Origin: a virus
DNA length: 64,000 nt
Virus record (IMG/VR): IMGVR_UViG_3300024294_000597
Strand: one strand, 5' to 3'
Part shown: positions 11,153 through 20,722 of the stretch, piece by piece
How positions within the stretch are numbered: position 1 is the stretch's first letter
Layout: every line of letters begins with the position of its first letter
The notes under the pieces: model-generated
What the model was told of the DNA's origin: nothing
Databases searched by the model: none
What the model saw: only the letters and a program-made list of their open reading frames with translations
Position numbers and translations under genes: made by a program

Positions 11153-11739
11153 TTTATGTTCTCCTTGAATAATTTATAATCTTCTAAGTAATATTCCTTA
11201 ATTTGTGCTTTATATTTTTTTAATTGTAATTTTAATTCTTCTTTCTGTTTAGAAATATCATTATAACGTGTTGTATTTTGAATGGTCTCTAATACATTAT
11301 CTATATGTTTATGTCCTATAGGTCTTATGTTGTCTGCATCTATATAATGCAAAGGTACATCTTCAAGCCCTTCTAAAAAACTACACTGAGTTTTCATGTG
11401 AACATCGTCTTCCCTGTTGCTTAACCACCATTCTATGCTTTCTTCTATTGTACAATTATATATTTTTGATACTACTGATAGCTGTCCTAAAAATCGTTCA
11501 CTAGGGTATCGTATAAATGTATAACCTGTATAAGAAAGTGTCCATGAATCATTTTTTGGCAGTGATACAAGTTTATAATCATATTGTTCTGCTATATTGA
11601 ACAAGAAACTTGAACTAGCATTTCTCCAAATAGGAACAAAGTACGTATGGTGTTTATGATTTATCCATATGGCGTCTTCCCATAACTTGACTGACCCGTT
11701 CTGTGCAATCACTTCTTTGGCAGTATATTCTCTAATCAT
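11149..11739 (-). CDS. Sulfotransferase family 2-like protein
   Basis: FVPIWRNASSS, FIRYPSERF, D.H..TQ, YYLEDYKLF; start moved to ATG 11739. Confidence 0.6.
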   Translation of the reverse strand: MIREYTAKEVIAQNGSVKLWEDAIWINHKHHTYFVPIWRNASSSFLFNIAEQYDYKLVSLPKNDSWTLSYTGYTFIRYPSERFLGQLSVVSKIYNCTIEESIEWWLSNREDDVHMKTQCSFLEGLEDVPLHYIDADNIRPIGHKHIDNVLETIQNTTRYNDISKQKEELKLQLKKYKAQIKEYYLEDYKLFKENIK

Positions 11740-12922
11740 CTGATTTATTTTCTGCAATATGTACTATGGGCATTGCAAATAACATTCTACCGCCTTGCTC
11801 AATCCATTCACTTTCTTTTTCTGTAAACATATCTTTAAACCCAAAGTTAGGAACAAAGAACAAGTCTGCATCTTTCTTTGCATCATCTTCGTGTACAATG
11901 GGTATACCTGTGCCGACTGTGAATCTGCCTACTTTGTCTGGATGTATTTCTGCCGCACCATCAAACAACCCATGTAGTTTCCAAAATTGCAACATTGTAT
12001 TTCCTTTTGTACTAGCGCCGTAAACATAATTCTTACCGCCGTTTTTCTTGTTGTCTGTCAATACGGTTCTTAATAACGCACCGTTGCGTTCTACATCATT
12101 AAAGAATGTTTTCAATGAAGATAAGTCTTCGTAGTGTTCAATACTGCCTTCATTCTTTTTTCTAGCCCACAGTTGATAACTACCGCCTTGTATATCGTTC
12201 TCTACTACTTTGTAAATCTCAAGACCATTAGTTTCATATAATTCTACAAGACTTTTATAGCTGTAGTATTCTAAATGTTCATGACATACATTGCCTAAGT
12301 CTTTCATTTTAAGCATAGGAGCAAGTGTCATTAACTGAGCAATAAAAATGCCATCATCGGTCATCGCCTCATTTACGCTATAAATGAAATCATTTGGATT
12401 ATCCATATCATAAAACATACCAATAGCAGTAATAACTTTTGCTTTCTTACCTTGCATCAGTTTGTAATGCCACATGTCATTAATTGTTGCTTCGCAATTC
12501 TTTACTAACTTCTTAATTAGATTAGGTGCTGGTTCGCATCCTATCCTATATCTATCTGAGTTAACTGCACTAAGTAGTGTACCGTCATTTGCACCGATAT
12601 CTAATACAACATCACCTTTAGTAGTGTTGTCATTTATATATCCTGCAATGTCGAATAGGTTATCTTTTAGTTTCTTGTTAAGTCCACTTTCATACCAATA
12701 GTGTTCACCATATAATACTTTTGGATTAACTGTATGTCTAAGTTGAACCAAATCACAATTCACACATTGGTCCAGAACCATGGGCGCTTCTCCCGGAGTA
12801 TGATTTGGGTCTAAAGGAAAATCATTTATGTGTATAGAACCAAAGTCTACAACCTTTTTAACCTCAGAACCACAAACTCTACAGTCCGTTCGTTCATTTA
12901 TAATCATAGGATAATTACTCAT
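11732..12922 (-). CDS. NDP-hexose C-methyltransferase family protein
   Basis: N-terminal CRVC...CVNC Zn site, LDIGANDG, HEHLEYYS, YGASTKGN. Confidence 0.88.
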   Translation of the reverse strand: MSNYPMIINERTDCRVCGSEVKKVVDFGSIHINDFPLDPNHTPGEAPMVLDQCVNCDLVQLRHTVNPKVLYGEHYWYESGLNKKLKDNLFDIAGYINDNTTKGDVVLDIGANDGTLLSAVNSDRYRIGCEPAPNLIKKLVKNCEATINDMWHYKLMQGKKAKVITAIGMFYDMDNPNDFIYSVNEAMTDDGIFIAQLMTLAPMLKMKDLGNVCHEHLEYYSYKSLVELYETNGLEIYKVVENDIQGGSYQLWARKKNEGSIEHYEDLSSLKTFFNDVERNGALLRTVLTDNKKNGGKNYVYGASTKGNTMLQFWKLHGLFDGAAEIHPDKVGRFTVGTGIPIVHEDDAKKDADLFFVPNFGFKDMFTEKESEWIEQGGRMLFAMPIVHIAENKSDD

Positions 12923-13298
12923 TAGTATCTACCCTAGTCAAAGGCTCATCACAGTCGTCCCATTTCTTCGTTATGAGTGCGATTGCTTTTGAGTCTGATG
13001 TTGGATAGAATGTATGAGGTGTCAGTCTAGGAATAAAGATACAGTCTCCTGTTGCAACGGGAGTTACTAATTCTTTTCCTTCTGATAACTCAGTATACAC
13101 ACCGCTTCCTTCTACAAACATAATGTATTCATCAAACTCTTTGTGTAGATGATGTCCTCTCACAGAACCTTTTAGAGTTACTATATAACTCCATTCTTTA
13201 ATATCAGTTGTTTGAGGATAGTATGTGCTTATTATACCTCTGCCATCTTTAACTGTTATTGGATTGATATCTGGGTCTAGTTTAATAATTCTTTTCAT
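12915..13298 (-). CDS. Cupin, NDP-sugar isomerase/epimerase-like
   Basis: DGRG, RGHHLH..E, PH cupin motifs; sugar operon context. Confidence 0.7.
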   Translation of the reverse strand: MKRIIKLDPDINPITVKDGRGIISTYYPQTTDIKEWSYIVTLKGSVRGHHLHKEFDEYIMFVEGSGVYTELSEGKELVTPVATGDCIFIPRLTPHTFYPTSDSKAIALITKKWDDCDEPLTRVDTNE

Positions 13299-13336
13299 AT
13301 TTTAATTCTCTATTAACTACATACTTATTTATCTAT

Positions 13337-13363
13337 AAAAAAAGCCCGACATTGAGCCGGGCT
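13337..13363 (-). terminator. Intrinsic terminator
   Basis: agcccg/cgggct stem followed by T-run on minus strand, downstream of 13389..15146. Confidence 0.7.
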
Positions 13364-13388
13364 AATTTAGTTTAAAAATAGTTAATTA

Positions 13389-15146
13389 TTAGAAATCTGA
13401 CTTATATTTCCAATAGCCTCCGGGCGCCATCATATCAGCATCTGGGAATCCTGTGAACTTTCTGTTCTGTCCACCGTACTCGCTTTTGTAAAAGTCAACC
13501 CATTCATTCTCCCATGCTTGGTAAGGAGATACTTTCTTAAACTCTAAGTTACCTTGATTTACAAAGAACCAACCACTATGTACATCTTGAGGAGATCCTT
13601 GGCACATAATATCCATCAGCCCATCATTGTTTACATCAATCAAAACATTTCTCGTACAAAATGAGTTGTATGCATTTGTTTCCATGTTGATGCCTTTCTT
13701 AAATCCTTTTCTTGTTTTAACAAAGTCAGGAGAAGGAATAAGTGGAGTTTGGTCTGCGACAGTAAAGTTACCTTTGCCATCATTAGCCCAAATAGTTGTT
13801 GTACCACCAACATATAGTGGACCAATATTTGAACCTGCGATATCTACATCGCCATCATTATCAAAGTCCCATGATACTGGACCAATAACATCAGTTAACA
13901 AGAACCCAGAACCAAAGATATCATTTGCTGATTCCATAGAAGTTCTTTTCTTCTTGCCGAAATAACCTGAACTATCACCAAATAGAATTACAGTTTGTTG
14001 TTGAGGCAAAGAACTATCGTGCTTGTAAGCTGGACTCTGATGCCATCCGCCTGATGCCATTAAGTCTACATGTCCATCACCGTTGTAATCACCTGTTGTA
14101 AGAGCATGAGCCCACTGGTCACCGCATTTCTTTACAGTAAAAATACCTTTACCATCATTCACATGACACCAGATATTACCACCACCTTTAGACCTAGACC
14201 ATTGCACATCTGATACGATAACATCAATGTCACCATCGTTGTCAATATCTGCCGCAGTGGCACCGTGACTAAAGTTATGGAATGTTCCGTTCTTATCTAT
14301 CTTCACACCCTTTTCAGCAGTTTCTATCCATTGTCCTTTTCCATTAGAAAGAAATACTAAGTCAGCGCCTCCGTACTGATGTTTGCCATTGACTTTGGCT
14401 TTATATGCACTAGGAGAATAGATATCATCAATACCGTCACCATTGAAGTCTGCCGTAATAGTTCTAATACTATTCCTTGGCGAGACATGATTATTTACAA
14501 CGATTTGTTCTACTAAATCTTTTCTACTCATGCTACCAATTTCAAACAATGCGAAAGGGAGTCTTTGTTGTATGTCTGACATTTTTTCGTCACCACACTT
14601 CCAAGTACCAATGTTACCATCTGATTCAAATTTACCTCTACATTGATTATGTAGTTCGAACCCCATTACTAAGTCAGGAGTATTGTCGCCATTAAGATTT
14701 GCGAATGCACCAGTAATAGTCCAGAAGATTTCTTGATTATCTCCTTGATATTCTCTCATGTAAAAATCACCTGGTAGAAAGTATCTTTTTGTTCTCCATG
14801 TTCCCGGAGATACCATGTTGTCAGGAGAAATATAATTACCAAATGTTGTAATCATACCATTCTTTTTTTGTGTTTCAAAATCTAATGCAGGCATTTCTGA
14901 CACTGCTAGTTTCAAATCTGTAATCTCATTAGCATCTATTGTGCCGTCAAATACTTTGCCACTATCAGCATAGAAATTTTCTATAGCCGTTGTTGTAAGA
15001 TTTCCAGTTAACCCATCTGTTGGGCCTGCTTGATAGCCTAACTGATTAAGCATCTGTTGACTAGCCATTACATTGGGTGATGCAAATGACATTGTACCTA
15101 TAGCTACAACCATTGATGTAGTAGCAAGTAACTTTTTCATATTCAT
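13389..15146 (-). CDS. Secreted protein: peptidoglycan-binding domain plus FG-GAP/VCBS repeats
   Basis: Signal peptide; QQMLNQLGY..GPTDG..G..T..AI; repeated DxN/DxDG motifs (ADFNGDG, DIDNDGD, DYNGDG, DFDNDGD, DVNNDG). Confidence 0.8.
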   Translation of the reverse strand: MNMKKLLATTSMVVAIGTMSFASPNVMASQQMLNQLGYQAGPTDGLTGNLTTTAIENFYADSGKVFDGTIDANEITDLKLAVSEMPALDFETQKKNGMITTFGNYISPDNMVSPGTWRTKRYFLPGDFYMREYQGDNQEIFWTITGAFANLNGDNTPDLVMGFELHNQCRGKFESDGNIGTWKCGDEKMSDIQQRLPFALFEIGSMSRKDLVEQIVVNNHVSPRNSIRTITADFNGDGIDDIYSPSAYKAKVNGKHQYGGADLVFLSNGKGQWIETAEKGVKIDKNGTFHNFSHGATAADIDNDGDIDVIVSDVQWSRSKGGGNIWCHVNDGKGIFTVKKCGDQWAHALTTGDYNGDGHVDLMASGGWHQSPAYKHDSSLPQQQTVILFGDSSGYFGKKKRTSMESANDIFGSGFLLTDVIGPVSWDFDNDGDVDIAGSNIGPLYVGGTTTIWANDGKGNFTVADQTPLIPSPDFVKTRKGFKKGINMETNAYNSFCTRNVLIDVNNDGLMDIMCQGSPQDVHSGWFFVNQGNLEFKKVSPYQAWENEWVDFYKSEYGGQNRKFTGFPDADMMAPGGYWKYKSDF

Positions 15147-15177
15147 AATTAACCTCTCTATTGTTGATTATGTATAT

Positions 15178-15206
15178 ACTATAACACGATTCGATAGTTT
15201 GTCAAG
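15178..15206 (-). promoter_or_regulatory. Sigma70-type promoter with GANTC in spacer
   Basis: CTTGAC-N17-TATAGT; CGATTCG at 15187-15193 (+). Confidence 0.8.
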
Positions 15207-15209
15207 TTT

Positions 15210-15992
15210 TTAGCTATTATTTTTTCTTTGTATGTCTGTTTCTTCACATAATTCACCATATTGTACTTCAATTATGTGTGCTGGTTCATCACCGATATTT
15301 GTTGTTTTATGCCAGCATTCCTTAGGTATTAAGAATGTGTCATGTGGACGCAGATAGATTGCTTCTTTTTTCTTACCAAATTCTAGTTCAATCATGATAT
15401 CTCCTTCTAAGACATACCAATATTCGTTTCTATATCTATGTTTCTGATTTGATAAACTCTTGCGTGGGTTGATAACTAGTTCTTTGACTTTTTGCCCAAC
15501 CTTAGGTTGCTTATCATCAAGTACTCGCCAGTAGCCCCATGTTCTATGTGTTCTCTGTGTTTTCCAATCATCAAGTATCCAACTACTAGAGTTACGTTTG
15601 TTTGTACCACCTACACCAAATTCAAATCTGACCCATGGCATTTCTGCGTATTGTTTGTATTCGGGTGTTGTAGCATTACCTCTATCTCCGCCATTTGCGA
15701 ATATAAACTTAGTACCAATTGGATACATAGATTGTATCTTGTATAATGCGTAACTGGCTGTATCGTCACTATCATCAAAGTCAATAACCTTGTCAACTAC
15801 TTCTAGTGCTTCGATGATTGCTTTGCGTTCAGCAAAGTTCATAAATGCTCTGCCTTTTTTACGGGTAAGCCATTCGTCTGAATTTATCCCTACGACTAAT
15901 TCATCACCGAGTTCTTTTGCTGATTTAAAATACTCTATATGTCCAGAGTGTAGTGGGTCGAACCCACCCGTTACTAAAACTACTTCTTTCAT
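15210..15992 (-). CDS. Cytidylyltransferase-like domain fused to mannose-6-P isomerase-type cupin
   Basis: TGGFDPLHSGH, FANGGDR, SSS; RTWG..SLSNQKH..RNEYW..WH..IEVQ; start moved to ATG 15992. Confidence 0.85.
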   Translation of the reverse strand: MKEVVLVTGGFDPLHSGHIEYFKSAKELGDELVVGINSDEWLTRKKGRAFMNFAERKAIIEALEVVDKVIDFDDSDDTASYALYKIQSMYPIGTKFIFANGGDRGNATTPEYKQYAEMPWVRFEFGVGGTNKRNSSSWILDDWKTQRTHRTWGYWRVLDDKQPKVGQKVKELVINPRKSLSNQKHRYRNEYWYVLEGDIMIELEFGKKKEAIYLRPHDTFLIPKECWHKTTNIGDEPAHIIEVQYGELCEETDIQRKNNS

Positions 15993-16038
15993 GTTAATAC
16001 TTATCTTCTTGGGATTTAGTAATTTGTATACGTTTGAA

Positions 16039-16422
16039 TTATTTACTTGAGTATATTTCTTCAAACTTGCTTTCTCTGTCTAAGAATTTATATTCTACTT
16101 TCGTAGGTTCCATTACTTCTAAGAAAGGTAGAACCTGATTAGGATCCATTTCAGAACAAGTATATACATCTAACTGACACAATGCAGGACTCACTTCGTC
16201 CCAGATATGCATAGCGATATGTGATGTTTCTATAATTGCAAAGGCTGTTAACCCTCTGTTGCCTTCCATCTTACAATACGTGGCAGTAGGACCATACATC
16301 GGTTTCATGCCGATTGCTTTAATCATCTTTCGCAAATACTTAATTGCCTTATTTTTATTTTGTAAAGGCTTATTAACCTCTGCACGAATTAATAGGTGCT
16401 TGTGTACTAGTAACTTATTCAT
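16039..16422 (-). CDS. speD: S-adenosylmethionine decarboxylase proenzyme
   Basis: H.LI, IIETSHIAMHIW (self-cleavage SH motif), LDVYTC. Confidence 0.85.
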   Translation of the reverse strand: MNKLLVHKHLLIRAEVNKPLQNKNKAIKYLRKMIKAIGMKPMYGPTATYCKMEGNRGLTAFAIIETSHIAMHIWDEVSPALCQLDVYTCSEMDPNQVLPFLEVMEPTKVEYKFLDRESKFEEIYSSK

Positions 16423-16430
16423 AATCGTAT

Positions 16431-16535
16431 TTAGTCTTTCATTGGTGGTTCTTCATTATTCCATAAGACAAGCATTAAAATAATGCCGGCAAATATACCG
16501 GCAGTAAGTAATAAGGATATAAGTATAGGACTCAT
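16431..16535 (-). CDS. 34-aa single-TM peptide (not in ORF track)
   Basis: MSPILISLLLTAGIFAGIILMLVLWNNEEPPMKD; ATGA overlap with upstream stop. Confidence 0.55.
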   Translation of the reverse strand: MSPILISLLLTAGIFAGIILMLVLWNNEEPPMKD

Positions 16536-17359
16536 ATAGCTTTAACGTAATTTAATCTTGTCTCTGCAATGTGGTCTTGATTCCAAACAGTACCGTGGCT
16601 TTTTACTTTAGCACTAATTGTAAAATCTTTATCAACTTCCCATATTTCTTTTGTACTAAAGAAACTAATACGGTTGCCGTCACTAGTGATAGCTGATACA
16701 TTTAGTCCTGGATAACTCTGACTACTGTTTGCTTTGAGAACAGTAATGTCTGCGAACACAAGTCCATCTTTGCGGGTTGATGTTAAGTGTACTGAATTTT
16801 CACTACGGTCAGTAACTTCCCGTTCCCATACTTTTTTAACTGCATAAGTCGGTAGATAAGCGGCAACACCCCAATATTGCTTTGGTAATTTATCTGTAGT
16901 TGCAAGAATAGTTGCAATGCCACTTTCAAATTCATTCATGTTCTCTGACATAATCTTAAACATGAAATCCATTTCAAGTTCTTTAATAATTTCTTTTGCC
17001 GCATTCATATGCTTTGGTTGTATTAAGTGTGGATAAAGATGCAACACGCCGACTAGAATTTCTTTGTTAGGTAATTTCATTTGTAGATAACGACTACCCT
17101 CTGGAGTCTCGGCAAAACTATAAACTCCTTGGTCAACTTTTATATACTCACCTTCATTCATTTCGTTTGCAACTAGGGATGCCGCAATAACAGTTTCACG
17201 GTTCCAACCATTTTCTTCACGTTCCTTAATATCTTTATAGTCAACGCCCGAGTTGTCTAGTTGAAAGTTGTACTTGTGATGATAGAGTACGTTACGTTCA
17301 AAATGAGTGTGCTTATCACCTACATGTTCCATACTATATACCTCTGCTGAATTAATCAT
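16532..17359 (-). CDS. Hypothetical phage protein, possible C-terminal OB-fold
   Basis: Long ORF with own promoter; C-terminal beta-rich AKVKSH...TRLNYVK. Confidence 0.7.
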   Translation of the reverse strand: MINSAEVYSMEHVGDKHTHFERNVLYHHKYNFQLDNSGVDYKDIKEREENGWNRETVIAASLVANEMNEGEYIKVDQGVYSFAETPEGSRYLQMKLPNKEILVGVLHLYPHLIQPKHMNAAKEIIKELEMDFMFKIMSENMNEFESGIATILATTDKLPKQYWGVAAYLPTYAVKKVWEREVTDRSENSVHLTSTRKDGLVFADITVLKANSSQSYPGLNVSAITSDGNRISFFSTKEIWEVDKDFTISAKVKSHGTVWNQDHIAETRLNYVKAI

Positions 17360-17365
17360 AATATT

Positions 17366-17394
17366 ATATTAACACCTTTTTCATAGTTGTCAAG
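17366..17394 (-). promoter_or_regulatory. Sigma70-type promoter without GANTC, probably leaderless
   Basis: CTTGAC-N17-TAATAT, 6 nt before ATG 17359. Confidence 0.7.
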
Positions 17395-17395
17395 T

Positions 17396-17794
17396 TTATG
17401 GGTGTAGCGGAAACAAACCCAAGATTGCATTAATAACAGGATCATCCTTATCACCAAATACATAACCACATGTATCAAGTGGTATGTGATGCACTACGTC
17501 TCCGTCTTGAATAGGATATGTTGGGTCGTGTACTATTCCACAATGTGATAGATGTTTCTCTGCCATCATAATAGAAGATTGTAATTGGGCTTCATTGACA
17601 CTTAGAACAAGAACTGTTCCGAAACCCTGCGTAGTCTCATTAGACCACATATTAAACAATTCGTAATCAATCATTCCTCCCTCTTTTATATTGTGAACAA
17701 ACTGATTACTGGCATGTGATGCCTGCGCCATTGCTTTACCAGGGTTAAGACTATCTAAGTCATTACGCATTAGTATATAAAGTACCGGTGTCAT
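17396..17794 (-). CDS. Peptidyl-tRNA hydrolase 2 (Pth2)-like protein
   Basis: MRNDL...GKAMAQASHA signature, VLVL, IVHD, T..VFG. Confidence 0.75.
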   Translation of the reverse strand: MTPVLYILMRNDLDSLNPGKAMAQASHASNQFVHNIKEGGMIDYELFNMWSNETTQGFGTVLVLSVNEAQLQSSIMMAEKHLSHCGIVHDPTYPIQDGDVVHHIPLDTCGYVFGDKDDPVINAILGLFPLHP

Positions 17795-17826
17795 TTAGAT
17801 TCCCTTTTAACTACGAACATAAATAT

Positions 17827-17856
17827 AGTATATAGTGATTCGAACTATTTGTCAAG
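17827..17856 (-). promoter_or_regulatory. Sigma70-type promoter with GANTC in spacer
   Basis: CTTGAC-N18-TATACT; TGATTCG at 17836-17842 (+). Confidence 0.75.
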
Positions 17857-17865
17857 GAATTTAAT

Positions 17866-19104
17866 ATGAGCAAAGACTGGTTACCAAAGCATAAGAAACT
17901 ACAGCGATGGCAATATATGCGGGTAGATGATTGGGATGCTGAATGGAAAGCTCCAATGAGTGATTTTGAATTAGGGTTTTGGACAGTGAATGGATTTCAT
18001 ACGTTAGAAGATTCTCATGAACCCATTACAGACTTAAGACCGTCAATACCTAGGCTAACGGGTATAATAGACTACGACACTCAAATAGGATGGCAAGTTG
18101 CTGAACCACCTGGAAAAAACCCGTACTGGTATTCTAATTGGAACGGTAGCGACCATCCAAAAAGATTTGATGATATGGCTTCTGTTATACCTGAAGGTTG
18201 GCGTTGGCATAACCAAAAAATAAAATACCGCAACAACAAGCAAGGCTTTCGATGTAATAAAGATTTTGATGAAATTGATTGGAAGAATAGTTATGTCATA
18301 ACTGGCTGTTCGCATATTTATGGTATAGGACAACAACTGAATGAAACTATCGGAGAAATGATTAGTGAAAAAATTAAAGCACCAGTTATCAATCTCGCAA
18401 TCGGTGGAACAGGCAACGGAGTTATATTACATAACTTAGTTCATTTAATTCGCAAGTATGGTAAACCAAAAGGCATATTCGTCTATTGGACATACCCAAC
18501 TAGGTTCACACGGGTTCTTGGTTATGTAAAAGAAACTAAGGATGCATGGGGAATTGATATATCTCGTACTTGGTTACGTAGAGATATATTACCCGGAACA
18601 GACACACCAACAAATATAATAGAACCAGGTGAAAAAGTTGGACCGCTGATGAGAGAATTAGTTATTCCAGATGTAGATATGGTAAGCAATTCTAGGAGTT
18701 TCTATCAAAGAACCATAGCACAAGAAACGTTGTTTGCTATAATGGGTGAAGAAAATGTATATCAACTACGTTGTGATAATCCCGGAAAAGTAACAGAAGA
18801 AGATGATCCTATCGATACAGATTTAACTACTATGTGTCCTAGCTGGACACATGATGTAATAAGAAATTGTATACAGATACCAAAACACCAAGCAGACACA
18901 ACACTGCCGTGGGAAGAATTTAATAACAGTGATGGCTCATTAAGTGATGCACAACTCTATGTATTAAATAAAATAAAAGCCAGAGATATAGGAGCGTATG
19001 AGCCTGAAGGTAACGGACCTATAGGCGGACATTGGGGTCCCATAATGAATAAAAAAGTTGCATTAAGGTTTGTTAAAAAATGGAGACACATAAATGAAGG
19101 GTAA
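17866..19104 (+). CDS. SGNH/GDSL-like protein
   Basis: NKQGFR, GCSHIYGIG, INLAIGG, C-terminal ARD...HWG. Confidence 0.65.
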   Translation: MSKDWLPKHKKLQRWQYMRVDDWDAEWKAPMSDFELGFWTVNGFHTLEDSHEPITDLRPSIPRLTGIIDYDTQIGWQVAEPPGKNPYWYSNWNGSDHPKRFDDMASVIPEGWRWHNQKIKYRNNKQGFRCNKDFDEIDWKNSYVITGCSHIYGIGQQLNETIGEMISEKIKAPVINLAIGGTGNGVILHNLVHLIRKYGKPKGIFVYWTYPTRFTRVLGYVKETKDAWGIDISRTWLRRDILPGTDTPTNIIEPGEKVGPLMRELVIPDVDMVSNSRSFYQRTIAQETLFAIMGEENVYQLRCDNPGKVTEEDDPIDTDLTTMCPSWTHDVIRNCIQIPKHQADTTLPWEEFNNSDGSLSDAQLYVLNKIKARDIGAYEPEGNGPIGGHWGPIMNKKVALRFVKKWRHINEG

Positions 19105-20086
19105 TATAAATCCTGGTATAGATTTTTCAGATGCAAATCGTTATGTTAACTTAGGTATTGATTGGTTTTGTTGTAGATATAGTGAGAATGATTACCTAGA
19201 TTCCACTGAGGAGTTAAACCATAAACGATTTTCTGAAAAGTTAGGAACAAGTTGGAAATATCATATATCAAAAAGGCCATTACAATACATACATAATGAA
19301 ATAGGGTTCAGAGAAAAACCATTAAATACATTTGATATTGCTAATTCATTTGCAATATTTGGGTGTTCGCATATATATGGTACAGGTAATTACTACAATG
19401 ATACAGTAAGTCAATTTCTTAAACAATATCTAGGTCATGACTGTTTAAACTTTGGTGTAGGTGGGGCATCAACTACTACTGTATATAATAATTTATTAAA
19501 GTTCTTAAGTGTGAATGACACATGTAAAGGTATCGCAGTTGTATGGCCAAATGTTAATAGACTTACTAGTATATGGAGATATGCCGGAGATGAAGTTCAT
19601 CAACGTTGGAGAAGACATGATGTGGTACCCGGAACTAATAAACTAAACTACTGGTACCTTGACAAAGAGTTTAAGAGAAAACCAGAAGACGTTCATCCAT
19701 CCATGCCCAGGTCTCATCATATAGATAATCCGCATAACATTTATTTGATTAATTCATATCGTCTTGCAATACAGATGATTTGCAAAGAACGTAATATACC
19801 ATTAGCTGAAATGTTTATAGATGATATCTTTGATAGTTATCCGTGGCCTAATTGCGATATCAACGTGCCTCGAAGAACAGAACAAAATTTAACACAATGG
19901 TCTATGGGAGGCTATTGGCATGAAGTGCCTGAAAGGGATAGATGGTGGTTTGTAAACAATATGTATGCTAGAGATATATCAAGGATGGATACGAATGAAA
20001 TACATAGGTTGTTAGCACATAGAGGGTGTGCAGTGAACCGAGGTATAGCAAAGTCGCTGAGTAATATATTTAATGAAGTGTCTTAG
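19094..20086 (+). CDS. SGNH/GDSL-like protein, paralog of 17866..19104
   Basis: NEIGFR, GCSHIYGTG, NFGVGG, RR.D..PGT, ARDI...HRG. Confidence 0.65.
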   Translation: MKGNINPGIDFSDANRYVNLGIDWFCCRYSENDYLDSTEELNHKRFSEKLGTSWKYHISKRPLQYIHNEIGFREKPLNTFDIANSFAIFGCSHIYGTGNYYNDTVSQFLKQYLGHDCLNFGVGGASTTTVYNNLLKFLSVNDTCKGIAVVWPNVNRLTSIWRYAGDEVHQRWRRHDVVPGTNKLNYWYLDKEFKRKPEDVHPSMPRSHHIDNPHNIYLINSYRLAIQMICKERNIPLAEMFIDDIFDSYPWPNCDINVPRRTEQNLTQWSMGGYWHEVPERDRWWFVNNMYARDISRMDTNEIHRLLAHRGCAVNRGIAKSLSNIFNEVS

Positions 20087-20288
20087 GGTCTCGTTCTATA
20101 TACTTGTCAATGTAATCGTATTCGTCAAGTCCTTCTTCAATAAAACCTAACTCAACACAACGATAGAACCCAGGTGAAGCCCACCCAGGAAACCCAAATA
20201 CTTCTATTAACTGTATCAATTCATCAGAGGTCATTGCACCACTTAGTTCATCAACATCTAATAACTTATTATTGTAAAGAATTTTCAT
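20070..20288 (-). CDS. Hypothetical protein
   Basis: ORF track 20070..20303; ATG 20288 overlaps upstream stop (ATGA). Confidence 0.6.
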   Translation of the reverse strand: MKILYNNKLLDVDELSGAMTSDELIQLIEVFGFPGWASPGFYRCVELGFIEEGLDEYDYIDKYIERDPKTLH

Positions 20289-20710
20289 TGTACTATTGTA
20301 CATCTACCACCTTGGATCATTTTCTTTCCAGTCATATCGATTGACTGTACTACTGAATATTCCAAAGTTTGTCTATTAACTGTGAATACCATGTATCCGT
20401 TTTGTATATCTACCCAGAAACTATATTCTGTTGGACTTGGTTGCACGTGTACTGGTATCCAATCTGTCCATTCGCCATTTGGTTTGCGTATCAATGGTCG
20501 TATAGATGCACGTTGTTGCACTGGTAACATGTAAACAGCTATTGCATAATCCATTGTTTCATCAAAGCCACACAACAGTTTAATTTCGGTTATGCTCTTT
20601 TTGTCTGGTAATTCTTCTGCACGTGCCATTGAGACAGTGCCACTTATAATCATAGCCCATACAGCCAGGACTAGGAGACCAGCAAATAAATTTCTAATTA
20701 TGTGTTTCAT
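20285..20710 (-). CDS. Hypothetical exported protein
   Basis: N-terminal signal peptide ending ARA. Confidence 0.65.
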   Translation of the reverse strand: MKHIIRNLFAGLLVLAVWAMIISGTVSMARAEELPDKKSITEIKLLCGFDETMDYAIAVYMLPVQQRASIRPLIRKPNGEWTDWIPVHVQPSPTEYSFWVDIQNGYMVFTVNRQTLEYSVVQSIDMTGKKMIQGGRCTIVQ

Positions 20711-20722
20711 TCTAGTGCTTAT

